From: Pseudomonadota bacterium
GTDB taxonomy: Bacteria; Pseudomonadota; Gammaproteobacteria; Pseudomonadales; Pseudohongiellaceae
Assembly (NCBI GenBank): GCA_046047495.1
Contig: JBJOHV010000018.1
Coordinates: forward strand, 46,048 to 110,047
Direction of reading: 5' to 3'
Length of the DNA: 64,000 nt
In this document: positions 19,026 to 28,509 of the stretch, piece after piece
Numbering within the stretch: the stretch's first letter is position 1
Layout of the letters: every line of letters starts with the position of its first letter
Translations under genes and position numbers: made by a program
The notes under the pieces: generated by a model
Databases searched by the model: none
Told to the model about the DNA's origin: nothing
What the model saw: the letters and a program-made list of their open reading frames with translations, nothing else

Positions 19026-20822
19026 ATGATGAATACTGGTCTGCTTGCCCTGCTGTCCCTGCTACCCATCCTGACTGTGGCGGTTTTCCTGGTGATCTTA
19101 CGCTGGCCAGCCAGCCGCGCCATGCCGATTTCCTATGTGACCGCCGCCTTGCTGGCTCTGCTGGTATGGCAAGTCAGTGTTGCCCAGGTGGCGGCAGCGA
19201 CAATCAACGGCCTGGTGGTTGCAGCGTCGCTCATATTCATCATTTTCGGTGCCATCCTGCTGCTCAACACCCTGCAACACAGCGGGGCCATCAATGCCAT
19301 CCGCCAGGGATTTTCCGACATCACTCCCGACCGTCGTATCCAGGTCATCATCATCGCCTGGTTGTTCGGTTCGTTCATTGAAGGATCCGCCGGATTTGGC
19401 ACCCCGGCCGCCGTGGCAGTACCTCTGATGGTGGGTCTGGGATTCCCGGCCATGGCCGCAGTCGTGGCAGGCATGATCATTCAGAGCACACCTGTGTCAT
19501 TCGGCGCCATCGGCACACCCATACTGGTAGGTATCAACACCGGCCTGTCCGCAGATCCACAGATGCTGCAATATGCCATGGACAGGGGCTTCGAGGAGTG
19601 GCGTCAGTTTCTGCATTTCATAGCCATCAAGGTGGCACTGATCCACGCCCTCGCCGGCACCTTCATTCCGTTGATCGTGACAGCGGTGATGACCCGTTAT
19701 TTTGGTCGCAATCGTTCGTTTGCAGAAGGATTGCAGATATGGAAATTCGCTTTGTTTGCTGCGTTTTCCATGACCATTCCCTATATCCTGGTAGCGAATC
19801 TGTTGGGGCCGGAGTTTCCCTCCATGTTTGGCGGACTGATTGGTCTGGCAATAGTGGTTACTGCGGCCCGCAAGGGCCTGTTCATGCCGGAAAACGACCA
19901 ATTGTGGGACTTTGACAGCAAGGAGAACTGGGATCCCGAATGGACGGGTCTGCCATTGGTGAAAGAACTGGATCCGTCTGCAGTACCTGCCATGTCCCTG
20001 GTGCGGGCATGGTCACCCTATCTCCTGGTTGCCCTGTTACTGATCGTCACCCGACTGCCCTGGCTCAATCTGGCCCAATACCTCAGGCATGCTCTGGTCA
20101 CCTTGCGCTGGCCGGATATTTTCGGCACGGGAATCACTGCGGAATTTCAACCCCTTTGGTCACCGGGCAGCATTTTCATCATCGTTTCATTGCTGACATT
20201 TGCCCTGCATGGAATGCAGCGGGCAGCTTATCTCACGGCTTGGCGCGAATCCGGCCGCACCCTGCTACCGGCCTCCATGGCACTGATATTCACCGTTCCC
20301 ATGGTCCAGGTGTTCATCAATACCAGTGGCGGCGTCGCCGGATTTGAGCAGATGCCGATCGCTCTTGCCGAAGGGGTTGCCAGCCTGACCGGAACAGCCT
20401 GGCCGTTCTTCGCCACGTTCATCGGCGGTCTGGGAGCATTTGTCGCGGGCAGCAATACGGTCAGCAACATGATGTTCGCCTTGTTTCAGTTTGGAGTTGG
20501 CGAACGCATCGCCGTGGATCCGACCTGGATCGTGGCCTTGCAGGCAGTCGGCGGGGCTGCGGGTAACATCATCTGTGTCCATAACGTGGTTGCAGCATCG
20601 GCTGTCGTCGGTCTCATTGGCCGGGAAGGTGCCGTGATTCGAAAAACCCTGCTGCCATTTGCCTACTATGCACTGATGACTGGTTCCATCGGCTTCGGAA
20701 TCGTCAATCTCGGTTCGGGCATTTTTAACGCCGGATTTGTCATCGCAGGGCTGATCACGGCAGGTATGGCCTTCCTCATCATCCGCTACGGTCATCCGGT
20801 GCGGCGTCCCATGGCGGTCTGA
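19026..20822 (+). CDS. L-lactate permease (LctP family)
   Basis: Colinear with E. coli LldP as I recall it, e.g. '[42 protein letters not shown]' and '[14 protein letters not shown]'. Polytopic, about 600 aa. Confidence 0.88.
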   Translation: MMNTGLLALLSLLPILTVAVFLVILRWPASRAMPISYVTAALLALLVWQVSVAQVAAATINGLVVAASLIFIIFGAILLLNTLQHSGAINAIRQGFSDITPDRRIQVIIIAWLFGSFIEGSAGFGTPAAVAVPLMVGLGFPAMAAVVAGMIIQSTPVSFGAIGTPILVGINTGLSADPQMLQYAMDRGFEEWRQFLHFIAIKVALIHALAGTFIPLIVTAVMTRYFGRNRSFAEGLQIWKFALFAAFSMTIPYILVANLLGPEFPSMFGGLIGLAIVVTAARKGLFMPENDQLWDFDSKENWDPEWTGLPLVKELDPSAVPAMSLVRAWSPYLLVALLLIVTRLPWLNLAQYLRHALVTLRWPDIFGTGITAEFQPLWSPGSIFIIVSLLTFALHGMQRAAYLTAWRESGRTLLPASMALIFTVPMVQVFINTSGGVAGFEQMPIALAEGVASLTGTAWPFFATFIGGLGAFVAGSNTVSNMMFALFQFGVGERIAVDPTWIVALQAVGGAAGNIICVHNVVAASAVVGLIGREGAVIRKTLLPFAYYALMTGSIGFGIVNLGSGIFNAGFVIAGLITAGMAFLIIRYGHPVRRPMAV

Positions 20823-20857
20823 CCGGACAACCAGGTCCCCGCCAATCCAGGAGAGCA

Positions 20858-22465
20858 GTGACAGTGAGATCCGGCATCATCAGGGGTGGATTCTGTGTGG
20901 TGCTGTTGCTGGTTCTCCATTCCCAGGGCAAGGTTTACGCCCAAGGGCGGATCGACTTTCCCTTGGCATCTGCGATTTCTGGCGACGCAAGAGAGCACTT
21001 CCTGCAGGGCATTTCCCGCCTGCACGCCTTCGACTGGGCACAGGCACGCTCCCTGTTTCAACAAACCCAGTCTCAAGCTCCGCAGTTTGCCCTGGCCTAT
21101 TGGGGCGAAGCTTTGACCTACAACCCGCCATTGGGTGAGGACCTGGATCTGCATTCGCCGAATGCGGTGCTGGCGAAATTGGCACCAACCACCGAGACAC
21201 GCCTGGCGATGGTGACCGGAGAACTGGAGACCGGTTTGCTGAAGGCTTTGGAAGATTTTCTGAATACCCCAGGCGGATTGCGTGAGCGACGTCAGGCGTT
21301 CCTTGATCAGCTGGCCCGTGTTTACAGGATTCATCCCAGCGAACCCGAAGTCCAGGCATTCTATGCACTGGCCCTGCTGAGTGTCGCCGCGCAGTCTGAT
21401 GGTCCGAGCCGCCAGCAACTACACCAGGAAGCCGGACAAGTCGCCCTGCAATTGTTCAATCAGCATCCAGGGCATGTAGGGGGAGCCCAGTACACCGTGC
21501 TGGCCCACGACGAACCCGGACAGTTAAATCTGGCATTGGCGGCTGCCACCCAACTACGGGAGCTCGAGTCACCTTCGGCACACCTGCGGCATGTTGCCGC
21601 GCGCCCCTCCGTTCATCAGGGACAGTGGTATGACACTGCCGAGGCGAATGAGATCGCATTCTTCTCGGCGCGGGGCTCCTGGCAGCCGGGGATGCCTTTG
21701 GATGTCCTGCTGGAAACCCTGGAGTGGGGACAGTATGCGGACTTGCAGCTGGCAGACTATCAGCAAGCGCAGGAGTGGTTGGAGCGTGTCCTGGAACTCG
21801 TCGATCTCAACCCGGGTCTCGTGTCCGCGCAACGGACTCTTGGACGCATGCAGGCTCGCTATGCCGTCGAGTCGCAAACGTGGCTACCGTTTGAGGACAC
21901 GCTGCAGGGCAGTCCGCCTGAGCTGTTGGCGGTCGGCCTGGGGGCCATTGTTATCCACGATCTGGAGCTGGCCAGAAATGCCAATCAGCTCCTGAAAGCA
22001 GAGGCAGATAAATTCCCCCATGACGGGCTCCTGCGGCTGACACAGCTGACGCTCGAAGGAGGATTGCAATATGCCAGTGGCCAGGAAATCGAGAGTCGCA
22101 GGGTCTTCGAGGAAGCCAGAGCACAATTGTCCATACAAGGCCCCGATTATGGGCTGCCCCAGCCCATCAAGCCCACCCTGGAACTTTACGGAGAAACACT
22201 GCTACGCTCCGGGAAACCCGTTCAGGCGGCTGATATCTTCAGGGAAGCTCTCCTGAGGGCACCCCAACGTCCGGAGTCATTGTTGGGGCTGGCACGCAGC
22301 TATACGGCTATGGGAGATCCGTTCAAGGCCAATTCCCACTATCAGCGAATCCTCGATACCTGGGGTGAACGCAAATTGCTGGCCAGCAGTGAGGCCAAAA
22401 CCCATCTGTCAGTTTATGGTGAACCTTCTCCCGCAATCGATCCGGCTGCCACCTCCCGGCCCTAA
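20858..22465 (+). CDS. Hypothetical secreted helical-repeat (TPR-like) protein
   Basis: Signal-like 'GGFCVVLLLVLHSQGKVYAQG'. Ala/Leu/Gln-rich helical repeats. Co-directional and 12 nt upstream of selB. No family recognised. The start is an alternative (GTG) codon. Confidence 0.45.
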   Translation: MTVRSGIIRGGFCVVLLLVLHSQGKVYAQGRIDFPLASAISGDAREHFLQGISRLHAFDWAQARSLFQQTQSQAPQFALAYWGEALTYNPPLGEDLDLHSPNAVLAKLAPTTETRLAMVTGELETGLLKALEDFLNTPGGLRERRQAFLDQLARVYRIHPSEPEVQAFYALALLSVAAQSDGPSRQQLHQEAGQVALQLFNQHPGHVGGAQYTVLAHDEPGQLNLALAAATQLRELESPSAHLRHVAARPSVHQGQWYDTAEANEIAFFSARGSWQPGMPLDVLLETLEWGQYADLQLADYQQAQEWLERVLELVDLNPGLVSAQRTLGRMQARYAVESQTWLPFEDTLQGSPPELLAVGLGAIVIHDLELARNANQLLKAEADKFPHDGLLRLTQLTLEGGLQYASGQEIESRRVFEEARAQLSIQGPDYGLPQPIKPTLELYGETLLRSGKPVQAADIFREALLRAPQRPESLLGLARSYTAMGDPFKANSHYQRILDTWGERKLLASSEAKTHLSVYGEPSPAIDPAATSRP

Positions 22466-22477
22466 ACCTGCCATCCC

Positions 22478-24451
22478 ATGACGACGGTCATAAAAGCCCT
22501 TACCGTTGCGACTGCAGGCCATGTGGACCATGGCAAGACCTCACTGGTAAGGCGGCTGACCGAGGCCACCGGGATGGCTGACCCGGGCATGACCATCGAC
22601 CTGGGCTATGCCTATCGCCGGCTGGATGATCCGGAACCTGCCCGGTCATCCATTCAGACTCTGGGCTTTGTGGATGTTCCCGGCCATGCCAACTTCATCG
22701 GCAATATGTTGTGCGGGGTAGGCAGCGTGGACGCAGTATTGCTGGCAGTGGCAGCAGACGATGGCGTCATGCCACAAACCATTGAACATGCGGCGATTCT
22801 GGACCTGCTGGGAGTCTGCAGGGGTGTGGTTGCTCTCACCAAATCTGATGTCGTCGACCGGGCACGTATTCAGGAAGTGTCCCGGCAGGTAAACGAGCTG
22901 CTACGGGACACCAGCCTTGGCCGGCTGCCCGTGATTGCCGTGTCCAGCCGCACCGGTCAAGGCATCGATGCACTGGTGGAGCATTTCACTCTCCTTCTGC
23001 AAAGCCGAACGACCGTGGAGGACAGTGCTCACCACCCTCGCTTCTTCATCGATCGCAGCTTCACACTCAAGGGCATCGGCACGGTGGTCACAGGATTTCT
23101 GCGCAACGGCAGCCTGATCAGAGGCCAGTTCCTGCACCACTCCGCGTCCGGTCAGCCGGTCAGGATCAAGGGCATCCGGCATCACACGGTGGATCAGTCA
23201 CTGGCCACTGCCGGCCAGCGACTGGCATTGCAGATAGACGGGCACTACAGCCTCTATCAGCGCGGCCATTGGTTGGGTTCCCCGCAAGCAATTTTACCGA
23301 CTCGCAGACTGCAAGTGCGATTTCGCACTCTGGTCGAATTCACACCTCGATCTGCAACCACCTACCACCTGTATCTTGGAGCGCAACATACCCTGGTGAC
23401 CATGGCCCGTACAGGGGGTGCCGGCTCGCCTTTTTACCGTCTGCATGCGAGTGAGCCCGTGCTGGCGTGGGTGGGTGATCACTGTGTTCTGTTGGACCCG
23501 TCCGGGCGGCATGCGCTGGCCGGCGGTGAGGTAGTGGATCTGGATTCAAGCCGTAACAATTACGGTGTTGCTGCACGATTGAAGCGTTTGAAATCCCAGA
23601 CAGCGCCTGCTCACATGGCCTTGCTGACACAGCTGAGCGATCTGGAAGGTGGCATTGGGATGGAAGACTTTGCACGCTCACGGGGATTGACGGCAGCGGC
23701 AGCGCTGTCCCTGGTGGACAGTCTGCCCCCGGAAAGTTTCGTGGTCTGTACCGCCGAAGGCGGCCAGGTTACGCCAGCACTGCCATGGTTACTTCATCGC
23801 CGCCATTTCGATTCTTTGCGACACTGGGTGCTGGAAGCCCTGCAAACCCACCATGAAGAATTTCCTCAGCAGCCGGGTTTGGAGGAGCGGACACTGATCC
23901 TGCGGGCCGACCCGGCGCAACGGAAAGTACTGCCCCTGGTTTTAACCAGGTTGCGCACCTGTGGCGAAGTGACCGGACGAGCTGGCTTTTTAGCTTTGCC
24001 GCACCACAAAATAATCTTGCACCCCGACCTGTTGCGTTTCATGGACAGGTTGTATCCCCTGCTCGCCGAAGCGGGATTTGTAGCCCCCCGGACCCGGGAA
24101 CTTGCAGAGACACTGAATCTGTCCCTGGACTCACTGCAATGCCTGCTCAAGGATCTGGAGCAGGCAGCCCTGTTGGTCCGGGTCGCCCCCAACCGGCACT
24201 ACCTGCCGCAGACCCTGACCGGCATACAGGAATTTGTGGAGCAACTGGTGGCGGACAAGTCGCAAGACCCCTCCTTCAGCGTCATCGAGTTTCGCGACGC
24301 CAGCGGGATAGGGCGCAACCTGTGTATTGAATTACTGGAATATTTTGATAGTGTGGGGTTCACGCGCCGTGCTGGTAACCGACGCTTTATGACCAATCGC
24401 AATCCCGCCCGGGTCGGCATCAGCGGGGACACGGAGCCACCTGCATGTTGA
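22478..24451 (+). CDS. selB: Selenocysteine-specific translation elongation factor
   Basis: G-domain 'ATAGHVDHGKTSL', 'GMTIDLGYAY', 'VDVPGH' and 'LTKSD'. The C-terminal winged-helix region 'FRDASGIGRNLCIELLEYFDSVGFTRRAGNRR' matches the E. coli SelB mRNA-binding end as I recall it. Confidence 0.9.
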   Translation: MTTVIKALTVATAGHVDHGKTSLVRRLTEATGMADPGMTIDLGYAYRRLDDPEPARSSIQTLGFVDVPGHANFIGNMLCGVGSVDAVLLAVAADDGVMPQTIEHAAILDLLGVCRGVVALTKSDVVDRARIQEVSRQVNELLRDTSLGRLPVIAVSSRTGQGIDALVEHFTLLLQSRTTVEDSAHHPRFFIDRSFTLKGIGTVVTGFLRNGSLIRGQFLHHSASGQPVRIKGIRHHTVDQSLATAGQRLALQIDGHYSLYQRGHWLGSPQAILPTRRLQVRFRTLVEFTPRSATTYHLYLGAQHTLVTMARTGGAGSPFYRLHASEPVLAWVGDHCVLLDPSGRHALAGGEVVDLDSSRNNYGVAARLKRLKSQTAPAHMALLTQLSDLEGGIGMEDFARSRGLTAAAALSLVDSLPPESFVVCTAEGGQVTPALPWLLHRRHFDSLRHWVLEALQTHHEEFPQQPGLEERTLILRADPAQRKVLPLVLTRLRTCGEVTGRAGFLALPHHKIILHPDLLRFMDRLYPLLAEAGFVAPRTRELAETLNLSLDSLQCLLKDLEQAALLVRVAPNRHYLPQTLTGIQEFVEQLVADKSQDPSFSVIEFRDASGIGRNLCIELLEYFDSVGFTRRAGNRRFMTNRNPARVGISGDTEPPAC

Positions 24452-26277
24452 CTGAATTTCCAACCATCCCCAATCATCATGCTCTGTTTGCCATGGTGCT
24501 GACCGCGTTGGCACTGTACATGTTTACCCGCAAGTCCCTTCCTCTGGAAGTTTCCAGCCTAGTCCTGCTGGCAATTCTGGCCCTTGTGTTTGCAGTGTTC
24601 CCATTTCCCCTGACTGACGGGGAATTTGACCCTACGGAATTTTTTCATGGTTTTGGTCATGAGGCATTGGTCACAGTGTGTGCCCTAATGGTCATCGGAC
24701 AAGGGCTGGTTCAAACAGGAGCGTTGGAGCCCTTCGGCAGGGTTTTAACCCGGTTCTGGACAGTGAGCCCCTTCCTTTCACTGCTGGTCACCCTGCTGAT
24801 AAGTGCCGTGCTGAGCGCGTTCATCAATAACACACCGATAGTTGTTCTGCTGCTGCCCATATTGATCAGTGTGTGTCTGAGGACAAAAAGCCCGGCATCA
24901 AAAGTGTTGATGCCGATGGGTTTTGCCACCTTGATCGGCGGCATGACCACGACGATCGGCACATCCACCAATCTTCTGGTGGTCAGCGTCGCGGGGGATC
25001 TGGGGTTGCCCAGGTTGCAGATGTTCGATTTCATCGTGCCCGCCTCCCTGGGCAGCGGAGTGGCAATCCTCTATCTCTGGCTTGTGGCGCCCCGGTTGCT
25101 GCCGGATCGGAAAATCGAATTGGCCGACAGCTCTCCCCGATTGTTTCAAGCCCGCCTGCATCTGGATGAAGACAGCCCGGTGGTGGACAAGACCATCGCC
25201 GACGCCAAAAAACTGGCCAGTGACGGCATCAATATCGTGCGTATACGTCGAGGTGATCACCACGTGTTCCCCTTGCCTGATGCTGTCCTGCGTGCCGGCG
25301 ACAGTTTGCGGGTAATGGACACCGCCCGTCATATCCGCGCCGCCGCCGAAGCCCTGAAAGCAACATTGTATTCCGGTGATACGATCGTCGATGAAGATCA
25401 TCCTCTCAAGGCAGAGAATCAAACAGTGGCCGAACTGGCGGTCGTGGCGGGTTCGCCGCTGGATCGCACCAATCTGCGCTACACAAACTTTCTGGAAAGG
25501 TATCAGCTGATCGTGCTGGCCCTGCACCGGGCCGGCAAGGATATCTGGAAACCCTCCGAAGAAATCATGGACGTCACCCTTGAGCAGGGCGACGTGTTAC
25601 TGGTTCAGGGGGCCAAAGACGACATTCACAAGCTGAAGCAAAGTACCGAGTTTCTGGTACTGGATGCCACATCACAAGTACCCCCGACCCAAAAGGCTCC
25701 CATCGCCTTCATGACACTCATGGGCGTCGTTATCGTCGCAGCCACCGGGATCATGCCCATCGCCGTCAGCAGCATGGTGGGAGCCATCATCCTGTTGGCG
25801 ACCCGGGTATTGAATCTGGGTCCTGCCATCAGGGCCATCAGTTCCTCGGTATTGTTCGTGGTGGTGGCCAGCCTGGCTCTCGGCCAGGCATTGCAAGTGA
25901 CCGGTGCTTCCCTGTACCTCACAGAGCTGTTCCTGTTCTTTACCCGCGACGCCTCCCCCACGGTGATCCTGGGTGCACTGATGCTGCTGATTGCAATCTT
26001 TACGAACATCGTGTCCAACAATGCGGCGGCCGTCATCGGCACACCCATAGGCGTAGGCATAGCCACCCAGCTTGGCGTGAGTCCGGAACCATTCATTCTG
26101 GCTGTTCTGTTCGGGGCCAATCTCAGCTTTGCCACGCCCATGTCCTACAAGACAAATCTGTTGGTCATGAGCGCTGGTAATTATTCCTTCAATGATTTCC
26201 TAAAGGTCGGAATTCCCCTGACAATCCTGATGTGGATAACTTACACATTGATCCTGAGTGCCCTGTACCTTGCCTGA
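24445..26277 (+). CDS. SLC13/DASS-family anion permease with central TrkA-C (RCK_C) domains
   Basis: Two polytopic halves, including 'FINNTPIVVLLLPI' and 'SNNAAAVIGTPI', flank a soluble ~200-aa insert ('INIVRIRRGDHHVFP...GDSLRVM' and 'GDVLLVQG'). The ATG overlaps the selB stop (ATGTTGA). Confidence 0.8.
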   Translation: MLTEFPTIPNHHALFAMVLTALALYMFTRKSLPLEVSSLVLLAILALVFAVFPFPLTDGEFDPTEFFHGFGHEALVTVCALMVIGQGLVQTGALEPFGRVLTRFWTVSPFLSLLVTLLISAVLSAFINNTPIVVLLLPILISVCLRTKSPASKVLMPMGFATLIGGMTTTIGTSTNLLVVSVAGDLGLPRLQMFDFIVPASLGSGVAILYLWLVAPRLLPDRKIELADSSPRLFQARLHLDEDSPVVDKTIADAKKLASDGINIVRIRRGDHHVFPLPDAVLRAGDSLRVMDTARHIRAAAEALKATLYSGDTIVDEDHPLKAENQTVAELAVVAGSPLDRTNLRYTNFLERYQLIVLALHRAGKDIWKPSEEIMDVTLEQGDVLLVQGAKDDIHKLKQSTEFLVLDATSQVPPTQKAPIAFMTLMGVVIVAATGIMPIAVSSMVGAIILLATRVLNLGPAIRAISSSVLFVVVASLALGQALQVTGASLYLTELFLFFTRDASPTVILGALMLLIAIFTNIVSNNAAAVIGTPIGVGIATQLGVSPEPFILAVLFGANLSFATPMSYKTNLLVMSAGNYSFNDFLKVGIPLTILMWITYTLILSALYLA

Positions 26278-26278
26278 T

Positions 26279-27133
26279 ATGCCTAACACGAACCAGCCTC
26301 CGTCGGTCGAATCCTCCTGGTGTGGGATTTTCACCGAGCGACTCGAAACCCTGCGACGGCGTCTGTCTGAGTATTGCAGCAGCCCGGATGAGGCGTCGAT
26401 TCACGGCGTACGCACCGCCTTCCGACGCCTGCAGGCAACCTACAGCATCATTCCTGCGGCTTGCAGGAGGCAGGAGACCAAGCGCTTTATGGAAGACTGT
26501 AAAAGTTTCTTCCGACATAACAGCGCCATCCGCGACTGCGATGTCATGATGCAAAAACTGCCGGCACTGGGCATTGCAGAAAATTCAGAGCTGCTTGCCA
26601 TATTGCTGCACAAGCGTGAAACGCTGACAGAACAGACCATGGACATTGCCAGGCGCCTCAATAAAACGCAGCCACCAAAATTGAATCCCGTGGATGTCGA
26701 CCTCGCTCCGCACTATGTGGCGACGTTACGCAAACAGATCAATCGTTTCATGCGGCTGCGCCCCCTGGTGCTACGGGAACCAGCCAACCCGGAAAACGTC
26801 CATACCATGCGCAAAGTCGGCAAACGCATACACTATTTGCTGGAGCTGGATCCCGACCTCAGGCAAAGCAGCCTATTGCAAGACATCAAGCGATTCCAGC
26901 AGCTTAGCGGGGACATTCACGACTGCGATGTCACCCTGGCTTATCTGGCTGAATATACCAATCTCTTTCGTGAGGCTGTGACTGCTACGGAGAATTTGCG
27001 TCGCAGGAGGCAGTCCGATTATGAGCGCCTGTGTGAGTTTATCGTCGATGATCGATGGCTGAGTCTGCAGCAGCTGTTTTCGCAACCGGGTTCGACTGCA
27101 ACGCCGGGCCTGACTAATGACCACTCTGTCTGA
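26279..27133 (+). CDS. CHAD domain-containing protein
   Basis: Repeated His/Arg helices typical of CHAD: 'IHGVRTAFRRLQATY' and 'VHTMRKVGKRIHYLLE'. ATG 26279 lies 1 nt after the permease stop. The track's 26258 GTG start lies inside the upstream gene. Confidence 0.7.
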   Translation: MPNTNQPPSVESSWCGIFTERLETLRRRLSEYCSSPDEASIHGVRTAFRRLQATYSIIPAACRRQETKRFMEDCKSFFRHNSAIRDCDVMMQKLPALGIAENSELLAILLHKRETLTEQTMDIARRLNKTQPPKLNPVDVDLAPHYVATLRKQINRFMRLRPLVLREPANPENVHTMRKVGKRIHYLLELDPDLRQSSLLQDIKRFQQLSGDIHDCDVTLAYLAEYTNLFREAVTATENLRRRRQSDYERLCEFIVDDRWLSLQQLFSQPGSTATPGLTNDHSV

Positions 27134-27165
27134 ACATCCAATCTCATGCCGGCAAGAACCCTAAA

Positions 27166-28509
27166 ATGAAGCAATCTATCTACTTGAGACACCTGCGGGA
27201 GTTCTCTGATCATTTGATTCAGTTGCAGAAGCCGATACGTATTCTGGATGCCATCAAATGGCCCAATGACAGCGCCACCCGATTTTTCGAGCGGGATTGC
27301 CGGCGCCTGCCCGACATCGACAAGGCTTACTACGACTCCATTCCCCTGGGATTTGCACCCGAGAAACTGCGCTGCGACCTGAAGTCCCTGCGTGACGACG
27401 TCAAGCGCAAACTGGGAAATGATGGGCTGGGAAATATTCTGGTCACCACCACAGAGCAGTATCTGCAGGTCATCGACATGCTGGAGAATCGCGGCCAGTC
27501 GGACTTCGGCAAGTACAGCAAGGCGCTTTATGGGTCGGCGGCAGACCACCTGCATGGCGACCGGCATAGCCTGCGCAAGCTGGGTGAAAAGCTGTGTGAA
27601 ATTTTTTCGCTGCCGGGGGCCGGACATCTGGTGCGCCCCTATCAGAGAGATATCCCGGCCGAAAAGGCCGTCGTCTTACTCAAGGAGCGGCTGGGCACCT
27701 ACTTCAAAGACGGCAAGCCGACCATCATGCTCAGCGATGGCATTATTTCCGACGCGGCTGCCGGTGGGGATTACATCAAGATCAAGCAGGACGTGGAATT
27801 TTCGGACTTCGACCTGCAGATACTCGAGGTGCATGAAGGTTGGGTCCACGTGGGAACCACCTTGAACGGCCGCAACCAGAAATGGGCAACCTGGCTGAGT
27901 GTGGGTTCACCCAGGATTACCGCCTGTCAGGAAGGATTGGCGGTTCTGATGGAGACCCTGACTTTCAGCTCCTATCCCCAGCGCGCGCTCAAGGTCAGCG
28001 ACCGGGTGGTTGCCGTCGACATGGCCGAGAACGGCGCTGATTTTCTGCAGGTATTCGACTATTTTCGGAATAGAGGTCTGGACAAGACCTATTGCTATCA
28101 GATCACCCAGCGAGTCTTCCGAGGTGGCATGGTGGAGGGAGGATCCTGCTTCACCAAGGATCTATCCTATCTCAAGGGCTTCATCGAGAACGTGAACTTT
28201 CTGCGCAGCGCGATTCAGGCCGGCGTCCCTGAAATCATTCCCATGCTGTTTGTCGGCAAGGTGACACTGGATGACATCCCGGTGCTCTACGAGCACTATC
28301 TGCAGGGCCACATCGAGGCGCCCCGTTACATACCAGCCATGTTCCGTGACCTCAACGGACTCTATGTCTGGTTCGGCTTTGCCAGCGGCATTTCCATCGT
28401 CAATATGGAAGTGGTGCAGCAGCACTTCAAACGCCTGTTTGAAAGCCTGCCGCAGACCTCCCATCTTTTTACGAAGACTGTGGATTACGATGCCACCCCG
28501 GACATCTGA
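27166..28509 (+). CDS. DUF1704 / QEGLA-motif protein (MATCAP-like putative metallo-carboxypeptidase)
   Basis: Contains the eponymous 'ACQEGLAVLMETL' motif and an 'HEGWVH' (HExxxH) zinc-site candidate. The size and motif order fit the family named 'flavohemoglobin expression-modulating QEGLA motif protein'. Confidence 0.8.
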   Translation: MKQSIYLRHLREFSDHLIQLQKPIRILDAIKWPNDSATRFFERDCRRLPDIDKAYYDSIPLGFAPEKLRCDLKSLRDDVKRKLGNDGLGNILVTTTEQYLQVIDMLENRGQSDFGKYSKALYGSAADHLHGDRHSLRKLGEKLCEIFSLPGAGHLVRPYQRDIPAEKAVVLLKERLGTYFKDGKPTIMLSDGIISDAAAGGDYIKIKQDVEFSDFDLQILEVHEGWVHVGTTLNGRNQKWATWLSVGSPRITACQEGLAVLMETLTFSSYPQRALKVSDRVVAVDMAENGADFLQVFDYFRNRGLDKTYCYQITQRVFRGGMVEGGSCFTKDLSYLKGFIENVNFLRSAIQAGVPEIIPMLFVGKVTLDDIPVLYEHYLQGHIEAPRYIPAMFRDLNGLYVWFGFASGISIVNMEVVQQHFKRLFESLPQTSHLFTKTVDYDATPDI

